Source: a virus
IMG/VR virus record: IMGVR_UViG_3300045988_069437
Coordinates: 1 to 13,399 of that record
Reading direction: 5' to 3' (one strand)
DNA length: 13,399 nt
The notes under the pieces were generated by a model. The model was not told where the DNA came from, ran no database searches, and saw nothing but the letters and a program-made list of their open reading frames with translations. Both the position numbers and the translations under genes were made by a program. Of this stretch, positions 1 through 7,174 are shown in pieces. Numbering within the stretch: position 1 is the stretch's first letter; every line of letters starts with the position of its first letter.

Positions 1-141
1 GCGATAGATTAACCACCACAGGCGGACATTTGTCTTTCCCCCACGGACACATTTGTGCGCACAACACGGACACAATTTGTGCGTGGCAGGTGGACAGGGT
101 GCGCTTTAACGTGCTAAAGCGGAGCCATATTATTTTCTTAT
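1..141. repeat. Left inverted terminal repeat (ITR) of a linear protein-primed genome
   Basis: Manual alignment of nt 1-141 against the reverse complement of nt 13259-13399. Positions 1-59 are identical. Mismatches fall at left positions 60, 75, 81, 91, 102, 125 and 126, giving 134/141 identity. Similarity decays with indels beyond ~142. The window begins exactly at the repeat. Confidence 0.97.
19..104. repeat. Four phased GGACA-core iterons inside the left ITR (mirrored at 13296-13381)
   Basis: GGACA occurs at 24-28, 45-49, 68-72 and 92-96, with spacings of 21, 23 and 24 nt. The copies read caggcGGACAtTTGTc, cacGGACAcaTTTGTgcg, cacGGACAcaaTTTGTgcg and caggtGGACAgggtgcg. The first three are GGACA-N(0/2/3)-TTTGT with partial dyad symmetry (ACA..TGT). 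Confidence 0.8.
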
Positions 142-173
142 GGTGGATATTAGGAAATATAATACCAATGGGC

Positions 174-205
174 ATAAAGATAGACTGCGGATTGCTCCGC
201 AGCCT
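174..205 (-). terminator. Rho-independent terminator at the end of the late operon
   Basis: On the minus strand, 8 nt after the tailspike stop: AGGCUGCGGA-GCAA-UCCGCAGUCU. This is a 10-bp stem with one G-U pair and a GNRA tetraloop, followed by AUCUUUAU. Confidence 0.6.
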
Positions 206-213
206 ATTCTCTG

Positions 214-1986
214 TTAGCTGATTGTGCCGAATTCTTTCCATGTGCCGGGATTTCCTGTTGCTATGCATACCCAGCCGATAGGACTACCACTTGCAGGACT
301 GCTGTTATAAACAACTTCGCTCAAAGTGTGATTTCCTTCCGTTGGAGCAGCGTTACCGGCTTCAAAGGCATACAAGGAAACGCCTTTGAGTAGCGACATT
401 TTAGACCTATCAATCACATTTGCCGCAATCAGCACGCTACCCGAGATATTTCCTTGTCCACTGTAAATCAGTGCATCATTGTATCTTACGGCCGTATTTC
501 CAATTACGCAAAGTCCTTTAATGTAGCTTAAATTCATAGCAATTTGCGCTGTTGCACCTTCGTTGTTATTAAGATAGCAATTTCTAACTGACAACCCCTC
601 GGTATGTGCACTGTCGCTACCCTCGCAGTGAATGCACTCGCCGTTCATCCACTCGAAATAACAGGTATCAACGTCAATGTTGTAGCGCACACTATTCACG
701 GGGTTAATGGTAATACCGCGCTGACCTTCAAAGTTACATTTTACAAACTTAATGGTTGCGCCGCCGTACAGAATGACAACATTGGAGTTTGTCTTTGTGT
801 TATCCAAAGGCAAAGCAAAATCACACGAATCAAACAGCCAGCTATTAGCCTGTTCAAGCAGTCTGACATTGGAAGGATCTGCGGCATCATTTTGTACGAA
901 CACGCAATTTCTGACTGTAAAAGTCCATGCGTGATCTGCAATGATAGAACTTGTGAAACGTCTGAAAATAATATCAGACAATACCCATTTCTGTGCATAT
1001 TTGAAATTCATGCACACGCCCTCGGCGTTTACGTTAAAGAGTGTCAGGTTTCTGATATATGATTCTTGAATTGTTGTATTGTCCGGCATTACAAAATCGA
1101 ACAGCGTGTTAGTTTCTGATCTAAGAATAGTTGCGTAGATATTCTCACCGAACATTTGAAGTCTGCGTGCTTTGGTTGTATCTAAATGCAAACTCGCCGT
1201 GATTCTGTATTCGCCGTTCGGCACATAGATAGGCGTTTTATTTGTCTGAAATTTTTCAATCGCCGCCTGAAAAGCCGCTGTATCATCATGAACCGCATCG
1301 CCAACAGCGCCAAAATCTCGCACATTGATTACATGAATAGTGCCGCTACCTATTTTAGCCTCAAGAGCCGCATCTGCTTCTTCTCTGGCCGTTGTTTCTG
1401 TGGCAATCTTTGTATCCAGCGCCTTGTCCCCGTTCTCTCTGGCCGTGATCTCGTCCTGCAACTCGCTGGAAATGGTATTCACTTCATTTGCGATACTATC
1501 GCCCAGCGCAACAAATAGATCATGTACGTTGGTTTTCTTACAGTTGGATCCATCAACATACATGTCACCGGCTACGATATTTTTTGTAATAAGCAGCAGA
1601 TCATTTTCCAACCACACCCAGTCACCGGCCTTGTGGTCAATGCTGGCCGTGGTGCTGTGCTGCTCGTCATACGGAGTGATCGCAGATCTCACGCTATCCC
1701 ATAGCGCGGAGAAGTTTCCGATTTTCGTCCAGTATTCTTCACGATCCAGAGACACGCCAGCCGGAACAGGCTGCACGCTCAAGTATGCATTGCCGCTGCT
1801 ATCCAAAACAACGGTGTTCGTTTCATACTGGCTTGTGATATCCCAAATGATAGGATTGGCATACTTTACAGAGTTGATCGCCACAAAGTTCGTGATCTCC
1901 GTCTCAAGCTCTTTCAGCTCATGAAGGATCCAGTCGAGATTTAGTTCATGGAAATTCGCATAGGGAAAGTTTTCAAATAAACCCAT
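214..1986 (-). CDS. Tailspike / pre-neck appendage-like receptor-binding protein with a pectate-lyase-superfamily beta-helix (putative polysaccharide depolymerase)
   Basis: 590-aa ORF. The ATG at 1986 is preceded by AAGGAGG. The N-terminal FPYANFHELNLDWIL motif is common in Firmicute phage fibre and appendage N-termini. A coiled Ala/Glu segment follows (DEITARENGDKALDTKIATETTAREEADAALEAKIG). Next comes VINVRDFGAVGDAVHDDTAAFQAAI...PIYVPNGEY, typical of the start of a right-handed beta-helix (Pectate_lyase_3-like). It is the last structural gene, matching the position of phi29 gp12. Confidence 0.75.
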   Translation of the reverse strand: MGLFENFPYANFHELNLDWILHELKELETEITNFVAINSVKYANPIIWDITSQYETNTVVLDSSGNAYLSVQPVPAGVSLDREEYWTKIGNFSALWDSVRSAITPYDEQHSTTASIDHKAGDWVWLENDLLLITKNIVAGDMYVDGSNCKKTNVHDLFVALGDSIANEVNTISSELQDEITARENGDKALDTKIATETTAREEADAALEAKIGSGTIHVINVRDFGAVGDAVHDDTAAFQAAIEKFQTNKTPIYVPNGEYRITASLHLDTTKARRLQMFGENIYATILRSETNTLFDFVMPDNTTIQESYIRNLTLFNVNAEGVCMNFKYAQKWVLSDIIFRRFTSSIIADHAWTFTVRNCVFVQNDAADPSNVRLLEQANSWLFDSCDFALPLDNTKTNSNVVILYGGATIKFVKCNFEGQRGITINPVNSVRYNIDVDTCYFEWMNGECIHCEGSDSAHTEGLSVRNCYLNNNEGATAQIAMNLSYIKGLCVIGNTAVRYNDALIYSGQGNISGSVLIAANVIDRSKMSLLKGVSLYAFEAGNAAPTEGNHTLSEVVYNSSPASGSPIGWVCIATGNPGTWKEFGTIS

Positions 1987-1996
1987 ATATACCTCC

Positions 1997-2689
1997 TTAA
2001 TAGACTTGTAGACAGAACCGGTTTTTGAAGCTCGTTATAATCACATCAATGATATTATACAGTGCAACATCTCTTTCCGCTTCAATCATCTGTTGTGAAG
2101 TAGTCACGCCAATGTTACCATGCGCACGGCCTTTCCGCAACAGGTTTCTATTTCCGGTTTCGTCCGTGGTATTCTCTGCTGACGTTTTAACCGCCACGGT
2201 GCCAACGTCCTTTTGTTCACTCTCGTTCTTCTCGTTCTGCGTGTTGTTGTCTCGCTCTGTGGGTGTGAAGTCGGTTTCATTGTAGGCGCTCACATACTTC
2301 TGATCGTTGATAACGCCGTCCATGTTACTCTTTTTTGTACTCGTGCCGTCCGTGTCTGTCCGGCTGGTTCCGGTTGCATCGGCTTCCGTGTTTTTCTTCG
2401 TGGCCTCTGCTTCCGTCCATTCTTCCATGCGGTCATAGTTTTCGATTGGGTTATAGTCCAACTGCGTAGTTTTATAGAGCCGCGTCCAGATCGGAAGCTC
2501 TTTAGCGCTCCACCTGCCAATCATGGCCTGCATGAAAACCGCATCCGGATAGATCACTTCCAGTTCCGCAGTTTCCGCAAGCAGGTTGTCTTTGACAAGC
2601 TCCGCGTCCAGCCCATCCGGGAGAGCCAGCTCACCCAAAATACCGGGGTTAATCCTCGACAGACCCAGCAGGCTTACTGTTGCTGACAT
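1997..2689 (-). CDS. Structural protein, putative lower collar / head-tail adaptor (by position after the portal)
   Basis: I place the start at ATG 2689 (MSATVSLL...), preceded by GAAGGAGGTGTTAACA. The ORF-track start at 2758 has no RBS. The product is 230 aa and overlaps the portal 3' end by 41 nt. The central segment is Thr/Asp/Glu/Asn-rich. The function rests only on synteny with phi29 gp11. Confidence in the CDS itself is high, but the functional call is weak. Confidence 0.45.
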   Translation of the reverse strand: MSATVSLLGLSRINPGILGELALPDGLDAELVKDNLLAETAELEVIYPDAVFMQAMIGRWSAKELPIWTRLYKTTQLDYNPIENYDRMEEWTEAEATKKNTEADATGTSRTDTDGTSTKKSNMDGVINDQKYVSAYNETDFTPTERDNNTQNEKNESEQKDVGTVAVKTSAENTTDETGNRNLLRKGRAHGNIGVTTSQQMIEAERDVALYNIIDVIITSFKNRFCLQVY

Positions 2690-3587
2690 TGTTAACACCT
2701 CCTTCATAAGCGTCAGGGAAACGCCATTCAACAGAAAGATCAAGACCAAACATATCATTGGTTGCTTTGATAGATTCTTGAAGTTCTTCCAGCCACATAG
2801 CGCATTTGCTCTGTGTCTCGATGTTGTTGGCGTTCACTTCGTCAGTCACCAGCCGCTCACGCTTGTCCGTGTTGGCGTTGGGAATGCCAATATCCGTGTC
2901 AAACATTGCTTCAATTTTCCGCATGTCACTGAGAATGTCGGAACTGATATAGACGTTCTTCAGATTCTGCTCGAACGCTTCCCACGCTTTGCTTCCATCA
3001 TCCCGGAACAGGTTCTTGTCAATCACCGTGCAGACTTCGCCTGACGCTACACGGTCATACATCTTTTTGAAGCTCTCTGCGGCGGTCTTGTTACCGGCCG
3101 CAAAAACATATGACAAATGCGTGTTCATCAGGTTCATGCCGACAGATTCCGCGCACAAGGCCAGCATATCCGCGTAGTAACCGACAATATCCATAAGGCC
3201 GCCATAATCCGGCTGCAAACGGATGATCGTGCACTGACTTCCGATGCGCGGTTCTTTAATGCCACGCAACAGGGGATTTGTAATAATGGCGTTTGTCGGC
3301 TGATAAAAAACATTGTAGCCGGTCAGCGTGCAGCCCTGCGGAATAACGCCGAACTTGTTTGTATTGACCACTGCGAGATAGCCCCAGCAGTACAGCACAT
3401 AAAGGAAATAGTTCTTACTCCAATGCTCCGGCAACTTCCACTTGAAAAGTGACATAGCCTTTTGAAGCAGGTAGCGCTGGAAGTACTGCGAAAGTGCTGT
3501 GTTTCTGCAATGGACGGTGGACGGACTGATAGCAGCGTTGGCGGCGTTGATATAGTCGTAGCAGGCCGGAATGCCGTTACCAATCAT
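2649..3587 (-). CDS. Portal (head-tail connector, phi29 gp10-like)
   Basis: 312 aa (phi29 gp10 is ~309 aa). The segment GIPNANTDKRERLVTDEVNANNIETQS closely resembles the phi29 gp10 segment [27 protein letters not shown] (recalled from memory). AAGGAG lies 8 nt upstream of the ATG at 3587. Confidence 0.88.
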   Translation of the reverse strand: MIGNGIPACYDYINAANAAISPSTVHCRNTALSQYFQRYLLQKAMSLFKWKLPEHWSKNYFLYVLYCWGYLAVVNTNKFGVIPQGCTLTGYNVFYQPTNAIITNPLLRGIKEPRIGSQCTIIRLQPDYGGLMDIVGYYADMLALCAESVGMNLMNTHLSYVFAAGNKTAAESFKKMYDRVASGEVCTVIDKNLFRDDGSKAWEAFEQNLKNVYISSDILSDMRKIEAMFDTDIGIPNANTDKRERLVTDEVNANNIETQSKCAMWLEELQESIKATNDMFGLDLSVEWRFPDAYEGGVNNVSNSKPAGSVED

Positions 3588-3591
3588 ACAA

Positions 3592-4128
3592 TCATCTCCT
3601 TTCTTTGAGTTTGAATAGCAGCCAGATAGGGATTTGCTTCACGGGTGGATGTCCTGCAAGATATTCATACCAGTATTCAGCCTGTCGGCTTCTCGCCGGC
3701 TGTGGCTTCACCGTTGGCCGCTCATAATTATAAAGGAATGCCTGCGCGAGATATGCAGGCGGCTTGTCAGATTGCGAAAACTCACGGAACGTCATAGGGT
3801 AAAGGCTGGTGCTAATCCATTGCAGATGATTTTCAAGCTCGTAAATGATCCGCGCCATTTCCTTCTGGCCGTTGTCTTGCCATCCATCCCCGGCCCAGTT
3901 TGAATATTTCGTGTACGGTGTCCACTGCACAAGGCCGTAGCCGCCTGCGAACGGATCCAGATTTTCCCAGATTCCCGGATTCAGTGTGCTTTCCGTCTGC
4001 ATGTTGCCGAACATGGCCGCGATAGCGTTTACCGTCCAGCCCTGATCCGTGAAGAATGCATACATAATATCAGCGTTGTTCTGCATTTCCGTCATAGACA
4101 GATAGCGGTTTCCAGTGATCCACGGCAT
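3592..4128 (-). CDS. Tail-associated peptidoglycan hydrolase, lysozyme-like domain only (N-terminal domain of phi29 gp13; Phage_lysozyme2-like)
   Basis: 178 aa. NRYLSMTEMQNNADIMYAFFTDQGWTVNAIAAMFGNMQTESTLNPGIWENLD...GYGLVQWT...YERP...QAEYWY parallels the phi29 gp13 N-terminus ([52 protein letters not shown]...GFGLVQWT, from memory). This includes the catalytic-Glu context MQ(T/S)ES. There is no M23 peptidase domain. Confidence 0.85.
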   Translation of the reverse strand: MPWITGNRYLSMTEMQNNADIMYAFFTDQGWTVNAIAAMFGNMQTESTLNPGIWENLDPFAGGYGLVQWTPYTKYSNWAGDGWQDNGQKEMARIIYELENHLQWISTSLYPMTFREFSQSDKPPAYLAQAFLYNYERPTVKPQPARSRQAEYWYEYLAGHPPVKQIPIWLLFKLKERR

Positions 4129-4139
4129 AGAAGCTCACC

Positions 4140-5546
4140 TCATTCATAGAAATAGCCGGATGCAAGATAGCTTTTGACCATTCTGTTTTCTTCGCTCGTT
4201 CCGGATAGTGAGAGATCCGGATCTGCAATCACCTGATAACCGGGCAGCGTGGACAGCTTCACCTTTTTACAATAGGGCCGTCCGCGATCCTCGTTATCAT
4301 CAGAGACCACCGGAAGAAATTTAGCGTACAGCGTGGGCGCGCTGGTGAAGTTGGCAATAGTGCCATTGCTTCCGCTGGTGGCGAACTCTGGCATAGATGC
4401 GTTAACCATATCGCCGATCATGTTCGCGCCGGCTGTGATCGCTCCAACAGGATTAAACCAGTTTTTAGCAACGTTCGCCGCTCCATTCACGGCGGTCAAA
4501 GCCATATTTAAATAGTTCTGGCCGATCTGCGCGATCTGAACCGGCACACCGTACTGGCCGCGCCGGACAGCAATCGCATAGTCTTTCAGTCCGGCTTTGA
4601 GATACATATCAGCAATGCCCGTTGTGTAGTCCACTGTGTAAGTCATGCTCAGCGCTTCTTCATTGATAATCGCTGTGGTGTCAATCGGAATGACCCCCCA
4701 CACGCGGCTGTCAAACGTGTACTGTGAGAATGGCGCGGCGTTGAGATACTTCCCTCGTGTAGCGGATTGCGGATGCTTCGGAATTGTGATGATAGCTGCA
4801 GACGGAAGCACACCAGCTGTTTTTAGCTTCGCTGCGTTTACCGGCACATTCCACCAGCCGAATGGGATAGAAGTTACCGCTGTACCAGCCGGGGCATTAT
4901 CCGGATACCACATCACGCTGGTGATATACTGCATGGGATTAAACAGGACTTTGAGAAGATCCGCGGAGATCTCTATATTTTCACCCGTCCACGAAACATC
5001 ACCCAACAAATAGGCCATGAATGACCGGAACTGCACCTCGCTGAAAACGTAGTAAGCAACAGCGCCGATAGCGTCAGCGCTATTATTTACAATTCCGACA
5101 ACATAGGAACCGCCAGAGATCGCCGTTACCGTGGGCCATGTAGACGCTGCTTCAGCGCTCAATGTAACATCGCCCTTTGCCGGGTAAAGTCCGTCAATCA
5201 CGCTGCCGTCAGACGCAAAGGCGCTGCGCGTCACGTATTGAAAACTCTCCCCGATGCTGTTCTTCCAGCTGGCCAGAACGTCAACCTCCAAGTGCGCCGT
5301 CCACAAGTGACCATTGCCAACCGTCCAATCCCTGATAAAATAATAGCGGTTTCCCAGATCGGAAATATACGCATAATTATAATAAGAGGGATTTCCCTTT
5401 AGGCCAAAGTCAAAAGTAATTTCCGGCCTTAACAGGCTTGTAGGCATCTTCAAGACGGCGTTGTGCGTTCTCTGCGTCACGGTGCTGTCCGGTCTTTTTG
5501 TGCTGTTCTCACGCTTCTTGAACTCGTACAGCGTTACACTAAGCAT
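4140..5546 (-). CDS. Tail knob / distal tail tube protein (phi29 gp9-like N-terminal domain)
   Basis: 468 aa with a strong RBS (AAAGGAGGTCAATT-ATG). NYAYISDLGNRYYFIRDWTVGNGHLWTAHLEVDVLASWKNSIGESFQYVTRS resembles phi29 gp9 ([58 protein letters not shown], from memory). It follows the MCP, as gp9 does in phi29. Confidence 0.72.
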   Translation of the reverse strand: MLSVTLYEFKKRENSTKRPDSTVTQRTHNAVLKMPTSLLRPEITFDFGLKGNPSYYNYAYISDLGNRYYFIRDWTVGNGHLWTAHLEVDVLASWKNSIGESFQYVTRSAFASDGSVIDGLYPAKGDVTLSAEAASTWPTVTAISGGSYVVGIVNNSADAIGAVAYYVFSEVQFRSFMAYLLGDVSWTGENIEISADLLKVLFNPMQYITSVMWYPDNAPAGTAVTSIPFGWWNVPVNAAKLKTAGVLPSAAIITIPKHPQSATRGKYLNAAPFSQYTFDSRVWGVIPIDTTAIINEEALSMTYTVDYTTGIADMYLKAGLKDYAIAVRRGQYGVPVQIAQIGQNYLNMALTAVNGAANVAKNWFNPVGAITAGANMIGDMVNASMPEFATSGSNGTIANFTSAPTLYAKFLPVVSDDNEDRGRPYCKKVKLSTLPGYQVIADPDLSLSGTSEENRMVKSYLASGYFYE

Positions 5547-5560
5547 AATTGACCTCCTTT

Positions 5561-5598
5561 AAAATAGGGGCAGGACACGAGGAAAGTGTCCCACCCCT
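5561..5598 (-). terminator. Hairpin attenuator / partial terminator immediately after the capsid gene
   Basis: On the minus strand, 7 nt after the MCP stop: AGGGGUGGGACAC-UUUCCUC-GUGUCCUGCCCCU. This is a 13-bp stem with two G-U pairs, followed by AUUUU, which runs straight into the RBS of the tail knob gene. Confidence 0.6.
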
Positions 5599-5605
5599 AC
5601 GTGTG

Positions 5606-6820
5606 TTAATCCAGCAACAGCAGAACGCCCTTTTCCGTCATATCCATAAAGGCCCGGAAATTAACGTGGTCATAGGTGTTCCAGTAGCCGCCCTTGGCGT
5701 TGAACGGCGTGACTGCCGCCCAGTTGTTAACCTGCGCATAGCCCAGCGCTTCTTCGTCAAAGATAACGCCGAAAATGCCGGCCTGCTCCACTGCTTCACC
5801 GGTCTTTGCCGTGCCGTTGGTGTCGGTATAGACGGGTGTCACGTTAATGCTGTCCGGCGTTTCAATGGACTGCCAGAAGTTCACGCCCTCATAGTCCGTA
5901 TACCGCAGATAGTTGTCGTGGAAGCTGTTAGCCTTGACCATCGCATCAAACTGATCCATAGCCTTGGCATACAGATACACCTTCTGCCGATTCGCAGGGG
6001 TGTGCCGCATAACGTGCTTTTCGTTGACCACCGTCTGATACATCTCGCTCCGCTCGGTCATCATGCGAGAAATGGTTGCGATCCTTGCGTAAGTCCACTG
6101 CATGAAGCTGGTGAAGTTCTCCGGCTGGTAAACGCTCTGCGCAGTCAGTGCAAGGCCGGTTTCCGCATTGTACTCTCTCAACAGGTGCACGATTCTCGTA
6201 TTCTGATTCTCGGAAAGAATGGAAGCAATGTAGTTCGCCAACTGGCCGCGCGCGATATTCTCCCGGTACTGTTCCAGCTTGTCGGCGCGGTTGCCGGTAA
6301 TCATGGAATTGAACCGCATGAATTCTTCCGCGCTGGTAAAGGCCACGTCCATGTTATCCTTAAAAATAGTATAGCTATTCTCGTAGACGCTCTGTCCGTA
6401 GAAATTCACCTGCAAAATATCAGGCTTGTTCAATCCGTACATGTCCACGCTCTGACCCTCGCCCAGCGCGTTGGGCGCTTTGGCTGCATCATAGGCTGCG
6501 GGCCACGTGAACCGGGCATCGTCCTCAATGGGCTTATCTGCAATGGAAAGCTTCCGGACTGCATTACCCCAACGTTCCATGGACATTTCCAAACCGGAAA
6601 ACTTACGGGTGTAAGGCCGAATGCTGAAAATGGTTCTACCCCACATCTGAGACAGTGCGTTGATAATGGGATCATAGCCGGTTTTCAGCGCAGTCTGGGC
6701 CACGCTGACGAATTCGCCGGGCGTGGTTGCGGCAATAACGCTCTGACCGGTTGCCTGCTTGACGATATTCTGCAAGATCGTTCCGGCCTGAAATACCGTC
6801 ATATCATTTACGTTTGCCAT
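5606..6820 (-). CDS. Major capsid protein (phi29 gp8-like HK97 fold, without a C-terminal Ig-like domain)
   Basis: 404 aa, positioned between the scaffold-like gene and the tail genes. The segments MDVAFTSAEEFMRFNSMIT and NAKGGYWNTYDHVNF resemble phi29 gp8 LKTAFVSWGNFESFVSSII and NPRGLYWNYYYHVWQ (from memory). It contains no TTA, CTA or TCA codons, which is consistent with strong codon bias. Confidence 0.82.
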   Translation of the reverse strand: MANVNDMTVFQAGTILQNIVKQATGQSVIAATTPGEFVSVAQTALKTGYDPIINALSQMWGRTIFSIRPYTRKFSGLEMSMERWGNAVRKLSIADKPIEDDARFTWPAAYDAAKAPNALGEGQSVDMYGLNKPDILQVNFYGQSVYENSYTIFKDNMDVAFTSAEEFMRFNSMITGNRADKLEQYRENIARGQLANYIASILSENQNTRIVHLLREYNAETGLALTAQSVYQPENFTSFMQWTYARIATISRMMTERSEMYQTVVNEKHVMRHTPANRQKVYLYAKAMDQFDAMVKANSFHDNYLRYTDYEGVNFWQSIETPDSINVTPVYTDTNGTAKTGEAVEQAGIFGVIFDEEALGYAQVNNWAAVTPFNAKGGYWNTYDHVNFRAFMDMTEKGVLLLLD

Positions 6821-6823
6821 ATT

Positions 6824-7174
6824 TTACTTTTCTCCTTTCGGTGCCGGGTTGATGATCTCGGCAAGAATTTCTTCGGGTGTCTGAACCTTGGGCTGGTTCA
6901 CGTTCATAATGTTGCTGCCCTGCACAAGCCCGGTCAACTTCTGCAACTCTGCAAGAACGGGATCAACCGGGGCAGGGGCAGGCTGAGGAACGGGGGCAGG
7001 AGCAGGAGCAGGAGCAGGAGCAGGCTGAGGAACGGGGGCAGGTGCAGGCTGCGGAACGGGGGCAGGTGCAGGCTGCGGAACAGGGGCAGGATTGTTAATC
7101 ATGGAAAGACCTGCAATCTGCTGAGCGGTAAACCCAGCTTTCGCAAGGGTCAGGATTTCGTCAGGCTTAAACAT
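6824..7174 (-). CDS. Putative scaffolding protein with a central Pro/Ala-rich repeat linker
   Basis: 116 aa, immediately upstream of the MCP, the position of phi29 gp7. The N-terminus MFKPDEILTLAKAGF loosely resembles gp7 MPLKPEEHEDILNKL. Two predicted helical ends flank (PAPAPVPQ)n. The functional call rests on synteny. Confidence 0.55.
   Translation of the reverse strand: MFKPDEILTLAKAGFTAQQIAGLSMINNPAPVPQPAPAPVPQPAPAPVPQPAPAPAPAPAPVPQPAPAPVDPVLAELQKLTGLVQGSNIMNVNQPKVQTPEEILAEIINPAPKGEK
6968..7091. repeat. Tandem DNA repeat inside the scaffold-like gene
   Basis: Four 24-nt units, gcaggctg(a/c)ggaac(g/a)ggggcagg(a/t), at 6978-7001, 7020-7043, 7044-7067 and 7068-7091. An 18-nt (gcagga)x3 insert lies at 7002-7019. 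The repeats encode PAPAPVPQ and PAPAPA. Confidence 0.9.

Noticed and set aside
55-62. Perfect 8-bp palindrome GTGCGCAC in the left ITR, considered as a possible restriction or operator site
   Set aside because: It is disrupted in the right ITR (GTGCGTAC) and overlaps iteron copy 2, so it is more simply a by-product of the iteron sequence. It is mentioned only under ITR divergence.
30-221. 63-aa plus-strand ORF starting inside the left ITR
   Set aside because: It starts at a TTG without an RBS, runs through the ITR iterons and the late terminator hairpin, and has an implausible composition. The mirrored right ITR would have to encode a similar product but does not.
604-1924. Several 60-194-aa plus-strand ORFs inside the tailspike gene, with similar ones inside the polymerase, portal and knob genes
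   Set aside because: All lie fully within well-supported minus-strand genes, lack RBSs and have Cys/Arg/Ser-rich shadow-frame compositions.
2690-2758. 23-codon N-terminal extension of the post-portal gene (track start at 2758)
   Set aside because: The extension has no RBS and would deepen the overlap with the portal gene. The ATG at 2689 sits 6 nt after GAAGGAGG.
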